Of a stretch of DNA of 64,000 nucleotides, positions 37,811 to 49,725 are shown piece by piece (the first letter of the stretch is position 1; every line of letters begins with the position of its first letter). Source of the stretch: Mobula hypostoma (lineage: Eukaryota); the NCBI RefSeq assembly GCF_963921235.1, contig NC_086102.1, positions 136,958,001 through 137,022,000 on the forward strand, given 5' to 3'. Below the pieces are notes generated by a model. The model did no database searches and was not told where the DNA came from. It was given only the letters and a program-made list of their open reading frames with translations. The translations under genes and the position numbers were made by a program.

Positions 37811-39879
37811 GACTCAAAAGAAAGTCTGTATGCCTTTGGGGAGAGAGAGAGAGTGAGATAGAAAGAGAAAGGAACTGCTGATGTTGCAGATTGATGACCC
37901 GTCCACAGAACTGTTCTGATGGAGGATCATTAACCTGAAATGTTAATTCTTTCTCTATGGTTGATGCCAGACCTGCTAACTTTTTTTCCAGCATTTTCTG
38001 CTTTCACTTCACTCTTGCTCTCTTGGGGACAAGTTTAAATTAATAAACTTCACAACCTGCTCTTCATTCTTAGGAGTTGATCATCTCAATTGACCACAAC
38101 AAAACCCTGAACCATTCTATTAAGTTCCTATTAAATTAGAATCAGAATCAGAAATTTCCTAACTGCAGTTTCTTATCAATCCTAACGTGCCAATAACTGC
38201 ATCCTATCCACTTTTTTTTTGTGATTTTAACATCATTTCTCCTACTCTGGCAGTTCAATTCCTTGGTGCCAGCTGCACCTAACACAGGATGTTACAGGAG
38301 CCATTGAAAACTGGCTGGTTCAATATGTTTATTGTTGATAAGACTGTTTCTTGGCATCACCAGTCCAACACTTATTTGGTCACCTACGAGTAGGTCACTT
38401 TAAGCGTGGCGTTGGAGAGAAGGACACAAAACCGAAGCGCTCCACCTTTCTCAAGATACTGATGTAAGGCATTCAGAAACAGCGGCTGCACAGATTATCC
38501 TGTGGTGCGCTGCGCATCTCTCAGCCCTGCCAAGATTTCCCAGGCATCATTCCAGTAACGTTAACCTTAACTCATTCATTTTCAGTGGGTGAAACAGGCA
38601 GTGTTTAGTTAATCTGGTCTGTAAATACATGCTGATGATTTCACACAGCTGAGCATTAGTGAGCAGAGCTGACCATTCAGGTGATCCACTGTGCTGTGTG
38701 TGGGTGTAACAGTCCAGTCATTCACTGGGAGCAGAGGGATCATGTTCAACACACCCAAGAAGGTTTGTGGGTAGCTCGTGAACAGACGGCCTCTTTATAT
38801 GCTGGCCAATTTTGTGTGTGGTACTTTCCCCAGTTCACTCTGAAGTATGCATCGTCACAGTTTGCGGATATATAAATTATCGAACGTGCAGTTGAACTGA
38901 TGGCAAGGATTAGGACTAATCCAGCACCCAGGAACTGAAGCATTCACACTGCAACAGGCAAACAAGATTCCGGGAACAAGATGTTGCAAAGCCCCAGTGT
39001 GATCTCTGAGAAAGTTATATCAGAATGTGTTGCTTTGTTCAAGTCATCTTGTGCCAAATCAATTAGTAGTGTGGTAAGCACCTGACGTGTTCACTGCCAT
39101 ATACTCACACTTACCACAGTGTTACTGCTCAGATATTTGACTGGCGGGTCCCTGGGACAGTCTGCCCCATGGTTATGGATTGACCCTCACTGTGATGTGC
39201 AGATTGTCCATTTGCTCATACCCCCACATACAATAAATACGATTGTTGCAGCATTTACAACAGAGGAGAGTCTAAATAAACTCTCAGCCCCATTTCAAAG
39301 CTTTCTCTACAACATGCTCCCAATAACAGAAACTATAGAACACTCCAATCATGGATGCTTCACTCAGGGATTTGTTTTGGATGAGAAATTGTTGATGGTG
39401 GTGCTGAACCTATAGGCAGGCCTTATATCTCCTGGGCTGCATGCTGTTTGTGGGGAGTGAGTAGAGACCAAAAGTGAGAATGTCAAAATAATTAGTTTAG
39501 AGAAAAATGGCTGCCTATAGCAGATGTCAACATCTGCACAAAAATATCAATTGTATTTTGAACAAGAACTAGGTTGTCATCTTTCAATGTTAGTGAATTG
39601 CAATTTGTTTTAGAAGGAGGAAGATTTGAATCCAGTTACCTTGTGAGAAGTTTTTGCTGTGCAGTGCATTTGAGTTAATCATTTTCATGACAAAATTCAA
39701 TAGTTGTGGCTGATTTTTCCTCATCATGATTCTGATTGAAGCAAAATTTCAGTTAATATTGTAGCTATATGAGGTTCTGCAGACTCTTCTTCCAAAAGGA
39801 ATGGGATGTCAAGATTGCATTGGCAACGTCATCAACTTTACAATCTATACATTTTTAAAAGGTGAATTGAATCTGCAGT

Positions 39880-40690
39880 ACCACCAGAACACCACCTATA
39901 AATTTGACAATGTCACAAATGTTGTTTGCAGAATCTTGGGTGGTGATGAACAGCCGTACAGGAGGGAGGTGTTGGCTGGTTAAGTGGTGTCGCGACAACA
40001 ATCTTGCATCCAGTGTTAGTAAGGCCAAGGAACTGATTGTGGTTTTCAGGAAGCGCAAAGTTGGGGGAGCACATGCTAGTTCTCTTTGAGGGGTCATCAG
40101 TGGAAAAGGTGAGCAGTTTCTAGGTCCAAGGTCTGAAATTATCTGAAGTTCTATTGATGCAGTTATGAAGAAGGCACACCAGTGGCTACATTTCATTAGG
40201 ATTTTGAGAAGATTTGGTATGGAACCAAAGACTCTCGCAAATTTCTACAGATGCACCGTGGAAAACATTCTGACATTACCATCTGATATGGAGGTGCCAA
40301 TGCACAGGATCAGAAAAAAACTGCACAGGGTTGTAAGCTCAGAAAGCTCCATCATGGATACTAGCTTCCCCACCATTGAGGATATCTTCAAAAGGCGATG
40401 ACTCAAGGAGGCGGCATCCATCATTAAATATCTTCAGCATCTACGACATGTTTTCCTCTTATTGGCACCGTAGGGAGGAGGTACAAGAGCCTGAAGGCAC
40501 AAACTCAACATCTTAGGATTAGCTTCTTTCCCTCTGCTATCAGATTTCAGAAGAGACCATGAACCTATGAACACTAGCTCACATTTACCTTTCTTTTTGC
40601 AATACCTATTCTTAAAATATTTTTTATTGTAACTTATAGATTTTTCATGTTTTGCACATACTGCCATTGCAAACCAACACATTTCACAAC
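39880..40690 (+). mobile_element. Rex/Babar-like LINE RT fragment
   Basis: KWCRDNNL...KAKELIVVFRK; LHFIRILRRFGM.PKTLANFYRC. Confidence 0.7.
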
Positions 40691-40692
40691 AA

Positions 40693-40883
40693 CACACATA
40701 AAAGTTGCTGGTGAACACAGCAGGCCAGGCAGCATCTCTAGGAAGAGGTACAGTCGACGTTTCGGGCGAAGACCCTTCGTCAGGACTACCTCTTCCTAGA
40801 GATGCTGCCTGGCCTGCTGCGTTCACCAGCAACTTTAATGTGTGTTGCTTGAAATTCCAGCATCTGCAGATTTCCTCATGTTT
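40693..40883. mobile_element. Penelope-type inverted terminal-repeat insertion with intact hammerhead motif
   Basis: Minus-strand agtcCTGACGAagggtcttcgcccGAAACGTCgact at 40752-40787; flanking direct repeat acatttcacaacaa. Confidence 0.8.
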
Positions 40884-42048
40884 ACATTTCACAACAATTT
40901 CTGTGATAATAAACTTGATTCTGAATGGGCTTTGACTATTCAGAAGTATTGTGGCTGGTCTGTGCCATTTAATCATGTGACCCTGAAACCTGTCGGTAAT
41001 ATTGCCACAGAAATCCATTTGCCCACCCTCATAAAGCCTTAAGTTGCTCCATCAACTCCAGTCTTCTAAGCAAGGCAGTTCCAGGTTCCAGCAACTTTTG
41101 GGAAATTGTCGTTTGATTGGTCTCTGCAATAGCTAAGTTTTACCATATGCCTTTATATCTTCATGAATGTTTCTCTCCTCAACAATATCGTTGCATTGTT
41201 TTAATTTGGTGAATACCATGTAAACAGCTCATACATTTTCTGTATTCAAGACAACATAGGACATCTCTTTTGTATTTAACAGACACTTGGGAAGCTTTTC
41301 CTGGACTTGCCAAAACAGTGCTTTCCAGGCAAACATCTGTATAGATGCTACCTGACCTGCTGAGTTCCTCCATCACTTAGTGTCCCCAGAATTATTAATC
41401 ATTCAGGTGGATGAATAAAGTAAACCCAGCACTGACTGTGAGAGACAAATTACCTTTGATCAATGATTGAGACGTTTCATCAATCAGTTCGAGGCGCTGT
41501 CCTTGAACTTTCAAAGAGTGCTTGATAAAGTGGCTCGAGCAAGCCTGTTAACAGAACTGAAGCCGCAGAATGAAAGCAGTAGAAAGAGCCTGAGTGAGAA
41601 CAGGATCAGAGAGTCAGGGGGAGCAGTGTTTGTTGGGTAGATAGAAGGCGTAGAGTGATATTCCCCAAAGGTCTCCACAGATCATCTGCAGTCCCTTCTC
41701 ATACAACAGCCAATCTCTGTCTCCTAACCACCATCCAAACACCACACAGTCCTTCTACCCAGAGCAGCATTTAACCTGTATTTGTTCAACTTACCCCCAT
41801 CTCCCTCTATTGAGTACCTCAGTCACTGTGCTACACTGTAAACTCCTTAAACCACTTTTTATAATGATGTTTATGTTGTAAATACATGCTGGTATTTGTG
41901 CACATTTTATTACATATTTGTTCTTGAACCTCTGTTTATATTTCATATAGTTCTTTATATTTTATAATTGCTAAATGTTGTTTTTTTGTTGCACATCATA
42001 CTAAAAGCCAACAGCAAAGAGCAAACTCCTAATACCTGTAAATGTTTA

Positions 42049-42633
42049 TGTAACCCTTAGGTTCGGCCAGCAGTATGAGTCTAGGGAAGACAGTCCTTGG
42101 CTCTGCCAAATGAGTGAAATCTGAGGTGCAAAACCTGCTGTTTGTGAGGATGCTGCGTGATGTGTTACCCTGTTACAAATCAGTACCACAAAGTAACAGA
42201 CGGTACACCATATGCAATTGAATGATTTAGCTTTATAATTCTTAATTTGACTAGAAGGTTGGTAAAGAAAAACAAAAAGAAAAGGACCCATTTTAATGAA
42301 ATAGTCTCACGTGCACCTTGGAGCTCATGGTTTCCCTTCTGGTGGTCCTCCGTTGATTTCCACTGGGCTTCATCGACTCCCAGTCCCTCTCCAAGTCCAC
42401 TCCTTTCAGGCATCTTCTCTCTTCATCTTCAGCCGAACAAAAGACTCAGATCACCTCGTTCTCAGGCACACAGCGGGAAAAAAAACTCCCTTCATTGGAT
42501 GGTGCGCATTCCAATGCCCTCGTCATCTCTAGTCATAACCCAAACACTGCTGCTACAGAAAACCCATTGCATTAGCAGTGCTTCTACAGAAAAACCATTA
42601 CATTAACAATGAAACCTTTGCCAGGGTGTTACA
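42049..42633. mobile_element. Solo LTR (same family as 23597-24161)
   Basis: TGTAAC...GTTACA termini; near-perfect 4-bp TSD ttta/tata. Confidence 0.78.
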
Positions 42634-43539
42634 TATATGGCAGACAAGGATGGTCTTGATGATCCATGAGGCTTAATTATCCATTTTTCCAGTCAATGCC
42701 CTGCAATCTCTTCTCAGGACTTGTTCTGCTCTGCAACACACAGATCAATGAAGGGATCATTATCCCAGTGCAAAGCCAAAATTCCAGTTTCTTCATTTCC
42801 TGACTTTCTCACCCTCTGACCTCATATCTTGAATGTAAGTCTGAGGTACAACATAATATCTTCTCACTCGGTGTTGCATGAAATCAGGTCCATGGATTCA
42901 GTGAGTGGGGACAGAAGAGACTCACTGCCGGCAGTAAATTAACCATTTACAAGACAAGACAGACACTAAACATTCAGTAAACCCTTCAAGCTAAACTCAG
43001 TTATCGATACTTATCTAAACGGAGTACCTGAAGTGTCAGGACAAAACAGACACTAAACATAAACGCAATGGCAAATGCTTATCTAAAGAGTGCACCCGGG
43101 CCCTCTTTACTGCAGCACACCCCCACCTTTACTGTTACAATGGCACCCTTGACTACCTGGTCCAGAGTGACCGAGAGAGAGTGTATGTTAGATTTAAACT
43201 CTACCAGCACCATGACGTCATCAACTAAACGTGCACACAGTGTCTAATGATTACCTAAAGTGTGCGCCTGGGCCCTCTTTACTGCAGTACACCTCCGCTC
43301 TTTACCATTTCCTTGATACCTTCGACTATCTGGTTTAAGGTAACCCGGAGAGTGAAAAAAAGACTGTGTGGTTACTGTGCGCTAGATTTAAACTCCACTG
43401 GCGCTGTGACATCACCAGCTAAATAGAAGCTAGTGGGTGGGTGCTGCAATGTTCCTGACATGGGCCAATCTCCACTTCCCATGGGTGAGTGGCTTTTGAT
43501 GAGCACATAAGATAGACACTTCAACGTATCACCCCTTGA

Positions 43540-44700
43540 AAGACACAATGCCATGACGCTCGGCTCGCAGACTAGTATAACCCCCCATGAATGTCCCGCC
43601 AAACTGCATACAAAGCATAACACAATAATACTCAGAGTTATCAGCTCACCAGTTGCTACCCAATGTATTACAGTAGTCCACCAGCCTCCCAACGCCCCGG
43701 AAGACCACCACCTTTCCCCTGGGGTGTAGTAGTTATGGATTCGACCCCCTACTTTCCTGATCTTAGTTACTGACTGTTGGGTATGATCAGCCAGGTGAGG
43801 AATGTTCCCAGACTCGTTGGGTACGTAGGTGCAGCACTTCTGACCAATCACAGCACAGGTGCCACCTTTCTCCATTAGCAGGTAGTCTAAGGCCATCCAA
43901 TTCTACAAGGCAACCATTCGAATAGCCATCATCTCAGCTGGCACTGTTGGTCTTGATGACCAACCGTGATGTACCATACAGGGGAAAGGCTATCATCCAG
44001 AACCTTTCTGCCTTGGTGATATGCCCCTTACTGTGCTACCCCACCTTGGGCAGGTTGTCAAGGTGGTATATCTATGGCACCGCTTACCCCAGATAGCAGC
44101 AGCTGTGCCATCCTGCAGGCAGCCATGGGCAGGCCTGGGTAGCGCATATCTAGTACATAACATTTGGCGTTGAGGGAGTGCCCATCTTCACAGTACCAAT
44201 CAGTGTCGACACAGTCATCCAAAGATACTGCTTCCCCTCACTGTCGTTGTGCCCCGCTGACTGTTTGGACCTGAGCTCATCGTACCACCTGCGCCATCCA
44301 TCTTCCCCTTCCCTGTTGGCCAAGGGATCACTCTCTGAGAAATCATATGTCAGGAAGTACCAGTCCTGAAAACACTGACTCCACCGGGAACTACTGAGAT
44401 TCAAGTTCTTTAAGGCCATTCCCATAATATGGGGTGAGGTTGGCTGGAAGGGGCTGCCCCCTCCCAATTTCCCCAAAGCAGAATACCAAAACCTGAGAAG
44501 CTAGACAAGTTTCTCCTGCAGTCTTGTTCTTCTTCATTAAAGGGTATCGGTATTAGCAGCACCCTTTCTGCAGCGTGGAATGGCACCCTCATGCAGACTC
44601 AACAGTGTGAAGGAGTGTTGTGGATTGCACACTTGTATGCCATGGTAGAAATTTTTTTTAGGATCTCACACCCACCACCCCGTCAACATCTACGGCTTTG
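43540..44700 (-). pseudogene. env: Retroviral env (gamma-type), disrupted
   Basis: Immunosuppressive-domain-like VAL*NWMALDYLLMEKGGTC, CX6CC, hydrophobic membrane span LITLSIIVLCFVC; SU CxxC as HC*VC near 44595; stops and frameshifts. Confidence 0.85.
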
Positions 44701-46795
44701 CCATTCTGTAATGCAAGGAGACAAAAAAACTTACTCCCTCCTGGTTAGTTGCCGGGTACTTAGGCAGACTAGCCCCCTTTCCCCGGGTAATGCTACCTAT
44801 CTCGTACTCCTTGGTTCCCCTGCCACAATCTCCCCATGCCTTGGGTATCTCTGCGGATGATGCACCCAAACCTTCTCTGATTCCTCCTGCAACTCGACCT
44901 CTCCTATCTTTGGAGGATTCCACACCGCCAAGAGCCAGGACATCGGGAACTCTCCTGGGCCCACTGGCTGGGAATTCAGGTTATCCACCACCTGCTACAT
45001 CACACTCAGCTGCCCCGGAAAGTTGCGGGGTGGGGGTTAAAAACTTAATCTGCTGTTTCAACAGCCCGATCATTCACTCGATCAGACCCCCACCCGCCGC
45101 CTATGAGTAGTAGGGGACGTGGAACACCCACAGAATGCCGGACTCCGCAGCCCACCCCTGGACTTCGACCCCTGCAAGATGTGAGCCATTGTCTGAGCAG
45201 GCATGTGGGCTCCCACCACCCATTCACCCAACACCTGCTGCCACTGATGATCCAATGGTGCCTTTTTCAGAGTTTCCAGTACGGGATATAAAGAACTCTG
45301 AATGGAATGCAAGGAATTCTGGGAGGGCAGAAGGAGCCCTCATTGGGGGAGGGCTTGGAGATTGACCCTTCTCCCTTAAAGGTCTCTTTGCCTCTCTTCT
45401 GCTGGTAATGCTCCCTCATCATGGTGTAGAGGGTGGGATTGGGAACCACAGTTACCTGCTCCTTAGAGACGTTGACACTGAGCAACACAAGAAACATTTC
45501 CTTGTGGGTTACGCAGGGTCCTCTACCCCCAGGCTGCGGTACCCCTTATCACCAGTACCCATAAGGGCAGCACCACTCCCTTTAGACCGTGAGCTGCTGC
45601 TTTAACTAAGTACCCAGCCATGGTCAAGGTTAAGCTATGACCCTCCAGTAGGATCACAGTGTCCGGAGCCCATTGGTAAAGGGCTCCGGTCTCTTCCTCC
45701 ACTGTATCCCACTGCAAATCCCGCTCGAAGAGTGAGGAATAACTGATCTTCACGGCCACTATCATTCTGCCCCATAGCAATTCCTCACCCCCTTGGGAAG
45801 CAGGTGGCACTCTCAGGACATTGTTAATTACATGGTGAGATGATAGACTACCCCCAAGCCACCTTGCTCCCTGTTGGATAAGCCCACTCCAGCAAGTCCA
45901 CATCCCTGATCCTCAGAGGCTCCCCTGGCTGTACATGTCTTCCAACTCTGCCAGCTCTTTAGTGGAGAACTCCTTGCTGGTAGTTGTCTCAGTGAGGCCA
46001 ACAGAGTTACCCTCCCCAGGACCCTCTCCCTCATACTGATCCTCTCCCCCAGAATGGCTGTTCTTCCTCACCTTGTTCCATGGAGGCCAGAGGGGATATG
46101 GGCCAGTGGCCTCTTTTCTGGGTCTGGGACCATGTGACCACCAGTCTGGCTTGTACTAGTGCAGCCGCACAGGAGCAGCAAAGGGCACTCACTTAGAGGA
46201 GGAGCCCCGATGCTCTCTTTTAACCTTTCACCCCCACCTCACCTTCTAACCAAACATCTCCATCCCACATCCATGTGTATGGTCGCCTCCCCACAACATC
46301 AGAGCTTAGCCCTTAATGGGGTTCAGTTGCCAGTAGGCCCTGCGAGTAGACTTTAACTGCTGCAACTTTACTAGCCCACAGGGCCTCTCTGTATTTTTAT
46401 CCTCTAGCTCTTTAGACCAAGTCTATGCTGACGGAGCAGCCTCCCCAATCCATGGTAACTCATCTCTGGTTTAGCACTTCCACTTCTCCTGCTATGAAAT
46501 TGTCTCGTACTGTGGCTTCCGATATCCAGGAAGCACCTCTTTACCTCTTCTTCCTCTTACGGATCCCTCACTTAGTACAGACACGATGTGATATCCCATT
46601 TTCACCCCACAGGAGTAAAACTTTTTGACCAATCTACCGGTCATAGTCCAGCAGTAAGTTGGCGGGACTCCCAAGTCCAGCACTGTTGTCAATCTACCCC
46701 AGGGCTCGACATTCCTCACACAGAGGTGGGGTGGAGGGATGGTTCTGTCTCTTATTTTTCCTTTTAAAGATATTCATCTTCCGTTCAATGAACAA

Positions 46796-46813
46796 ACCCT
46801 GTTCACTGTGCCA
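46796..46813 (-). other. Primer binding site, tRNA-Ser-like
   Basis: TGGCACAGTGAACAGGGT, 2 nt after the 5' LTR; 15/18 to recalled tRNA-Ser(UGA) complement TGGCGCAGCGAGCAGGGT, all differences transitions. Confidence 0.65.
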
Positions 46814-47926
46814 ATTGTGTGAAGTCAAGTTCACGTGTTCGGTAAGTGAGGACAGAAGAGACTCACTACCGACAAATAGGTTTACAATTTATTTATAAGA
46901 CAAGGTAGACATTAAATATTCAGTAAACCTTTCAAGCTAAACTCATCTACAGATACTAAACTGAGCACCTGAAGTGTCAGGACAAAACAGACACTGAACG
47001 TACACACAGTGGCAAATACTTATCTAAAGTGTGCACCCGGGCCCTCTTTACTGCAGCGCACTCCCACCGCATACTGTTACTATGGCACCTCGACTACCTG
47101 GTCCAGGGTGACCTGGAGAGAGTGTATGCTAGATTTAAACTCTACCAGTGCCATGATGTCATCAACTAAACAGAAGCTATGCTCCTGAAACGAGCAAATC
47201 CCCACCAACCACGGGGGAGACAGTTACTTCCATATTGGGTCTTCCTGACTCAGCACTGCGGCCAACAATTTCAGTACTCAGCATTTCCGGCATGTTTAAT
47301 CCAAATTTCCAGAATCCCTTCCACATTTCTCTTGTACATTCAGACTTAACACACATCAATGCTGGAGGAACACCTATGTACAGCAGGTTAGGCAGCATCT
47401 ATGAACAGTCAAGACTGATAACAGGTCTCAGCCTTAAACATTGACTGTTCATTTCTCTCCGTGGATGCTGTCTGACCTGCTGAGTTCCTCTGTCATTTAG
47501 TGGGTGCTCCTCTGGATTTCCAGCACCTTCAGAATTTCTGTGTCTACATTCAATTTTCTTTTATTACTCTGTTTGTTTAACCGGCACCTTCTTTTTCCTT
47601 CAACTTTCACTCTTTTTATTCTTTATTTTCTACTGGCTTCCACTCTATCACTATTTCATTTGTTCTGCCCTCCTCTCCCACTTTTGTCTGCACCATATAA
47701 GTTGTTTCATCTATTCACAGCCTAAAACATTAGTGGATTACATCCCACTCAGACTACGGCGTGGTCTCATACACTATTTGCCTTACCCCAACCTATGGCT
47801 GCACTAATCTTTTGAGTCCTAAGATCTCCCAGCCTCAGTCATTGCATGACCAGGAGCCAGACTACACAGATGGTGGTAGGAAAAGCCCTGCTGATGGATT
47901 GTTCTGTCAAAAGCTCTTTGCAATAA

Positions 47927-48220
47927 CCTGGGCCGAAATGGTTGCCACAAGAGGACACAGGTTTAAGGTGCTGGGGAGTAGGTACAGAGGAGATGTCAGG
48001 GGTAAGTTTTTTTCTCAGAGAGTGGCAAGTGTGTGGAACGGTGGTGGAGGCAGATACGATAGGGTCTTTAAAGAGACTTTTGGACAAGTACATGGAGCTT
48101 AGAAAAATAGAGGGCTATGGGTAAGTCTAGCAATTTCTAAGGTAGGGACATGTTTGGCACAACTCTGTGGGCCGAAGGGCCTGTATTGTGCTGTAGGTTT
48201 TCTATGTTTCTATGTTTCTA
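47927..48220 (+). mobile_element. CR1 3' end fragment
   Basis: RGHRFKVLGSRYRGDVRGKFF; tttctatg-repeat tail; same subfamily as 1386-2148. Confidence 0.85.
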
Positions 48221-48224
48221 GATC

Positions 48225-48995
48225 AACTGGGTTAGTGATGTTGCAAAAACAACTCACACTCAATTTCAGCAGACCAAGGAAGTGATTGTTAACTTCAGGA
48301 AGCGAAAGTCAGGAGAACACACACCAGTCCTGGTAGAGAGGTCAGTGGTGGAAAAGGTGATAGTTTTAAGTCCTGGGCATCAACATCTTGGAGGATCTAC
48401 CATGGGCACACGTGTCTTATTTGTGATTACTGAGGTAATCACAGATAAGACACGCCAGAGTCTCTACTGATGGTGAATCTATGGAATTTATTGCCACGGG
48501 CGGCAGTGGAGGCCAAGTTATTGGGTGTATTTAAGGCAGAAATTGATAGGTATCTGAGTAGCCAGGGCATCAAAGGTTATGGTGAGAAGGTGGGGGAGTC
48601 GGACTAAATGGGAGAATGGATCAGCTCATGATAAAATGGCAGAGCAGACTCGATGGGCCAAATGGCCGACTTCTGCTCCTTTGTCTTATGGTCTTACTTC
48701 TGTAAGAGTTTGAGACGACAAATATTCTTTGTATGTCAACAAAGATTCTTGCAAATTTCTGAGATGTAGAGCAGAGATCATTCCAACTGGTTGCAGCATC
48801 ACCTAGTATAAAGATTCCAATGCACAGGATTGAGAGAAGGTTATAAACTCAGTCAGTTCCATCACAGGAACATCCCTCCCACCATCAGGAAGTAGTTCCT
48901 CAAGAAGGTCACATCAACTCTTTGAGGATCCTCTCCATTTGGGACATGCCATCTTCTTTATACTATCAATGGGGAGGAGGACAGGACCATGGAGA
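48225..48995 (+). mobile_element. Rex/Babar-like fragment with nested CR1 3' end (~48470-48697)
   Basis: TKEVIVNFRK..GEHTPV motif; CR1 tail ttgtcttatggtctta. Confidence 0.55.
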
Positions 48996-49692
48996 CCCAT
49001 CTTCAACTGTACACTGTTGAATATTCACCTACAGTACAAGGGAGACAATATTGGAGTTGCTGCAATGAAACAGATGATCATTTCAATGATATCTCATTCC
49101 TAATAATGTCTGAACAATCTCATGATTCCCCAAAGACTCATTCCTTCAAAATATCACTATTTCAGATTTTAAGCAAAGTTTAAAGAAAAAGCTGATGGCA
49201 AATTTGAACAACACAAAGGCTTCAGCCTTGCTGTAATTGAAATAAGCAGTCCAGGATGCATGGCAACCTTTCTAGTGTCTGATGTTAATTTTAAAGCAGC
49301 AAATTGCCCAACACGTCCGGAGAATACACCAGACAAAGGAGATATCACTCACAGTAAGGGACAAGCTGACCAGAGTATAATAACTGGATGAACCCCCGTC
49401 GATCAGTGACAACCACAATGACCTCTAGAAGCAGTTCCGTGAATAAACAGTACAGTATATTTTATTACTATAATTTGATCCATAATATATTAAACAATAA
49501 TATACAGCAAAGGACAGAACATTTACAAACAATCAAATCTCCCATTTTACAACATAATGTACAGTCAGGAGCTCCAGGCCCCTCAGACTTGGACATGAGT
49601 GAGTACAGTACAATTGTTAACATCTTGTAGATTCTGAATGAGGTCTTCTTGTGTTCACATTGAGTTCAGACTCTGTGGAGTTTCTTTCACCG

Positions 49693-49725
49693 TCAGTGCA
49701 GGGCTCTCGAGTCCTTATTTTGTTC
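49693..49725 (-). CDS. spp2-like C exon 10 (terminal coding part)
   Basis: EQNKDSRALH-TGA. Confidence 0.78.
   Translation of the reverse strand, partial: EQNKDSRALH

Larger units (their letters stand above)
42872..47267 (-). mobile_element. Defective endogenous retrovirus (LTR-PBS-gag-like-env-LTR, no recognisable pol)
   Basis: Paired LTRs ~46816-47267 and ~42872-43531; PBS 46796-46813; env SU C*VC and TM L*NWMALDYLL...CAVIGQKCC; short purine tract next to the 3' LTR; outer boundaries approximate. Confidence 0.85.

Noticed and set aside
38746-38943. 65-aa ORF with a signal-peptide-like start (MLQFLGAGLVLILAISSTARS...) as a novel secreted peptide
   Set aside because: The homologous block near 12800 reads ATG CTT TAA (stop at codon 3) with further stops, so coding potential is not conserved; at most a decayed relic
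43372-43896. Domesticated syncytin-like env gene
   Set aside because: Stop in the ISD (L*N), stop in the SU CWVC motif and frameshifts; no full-length ORF
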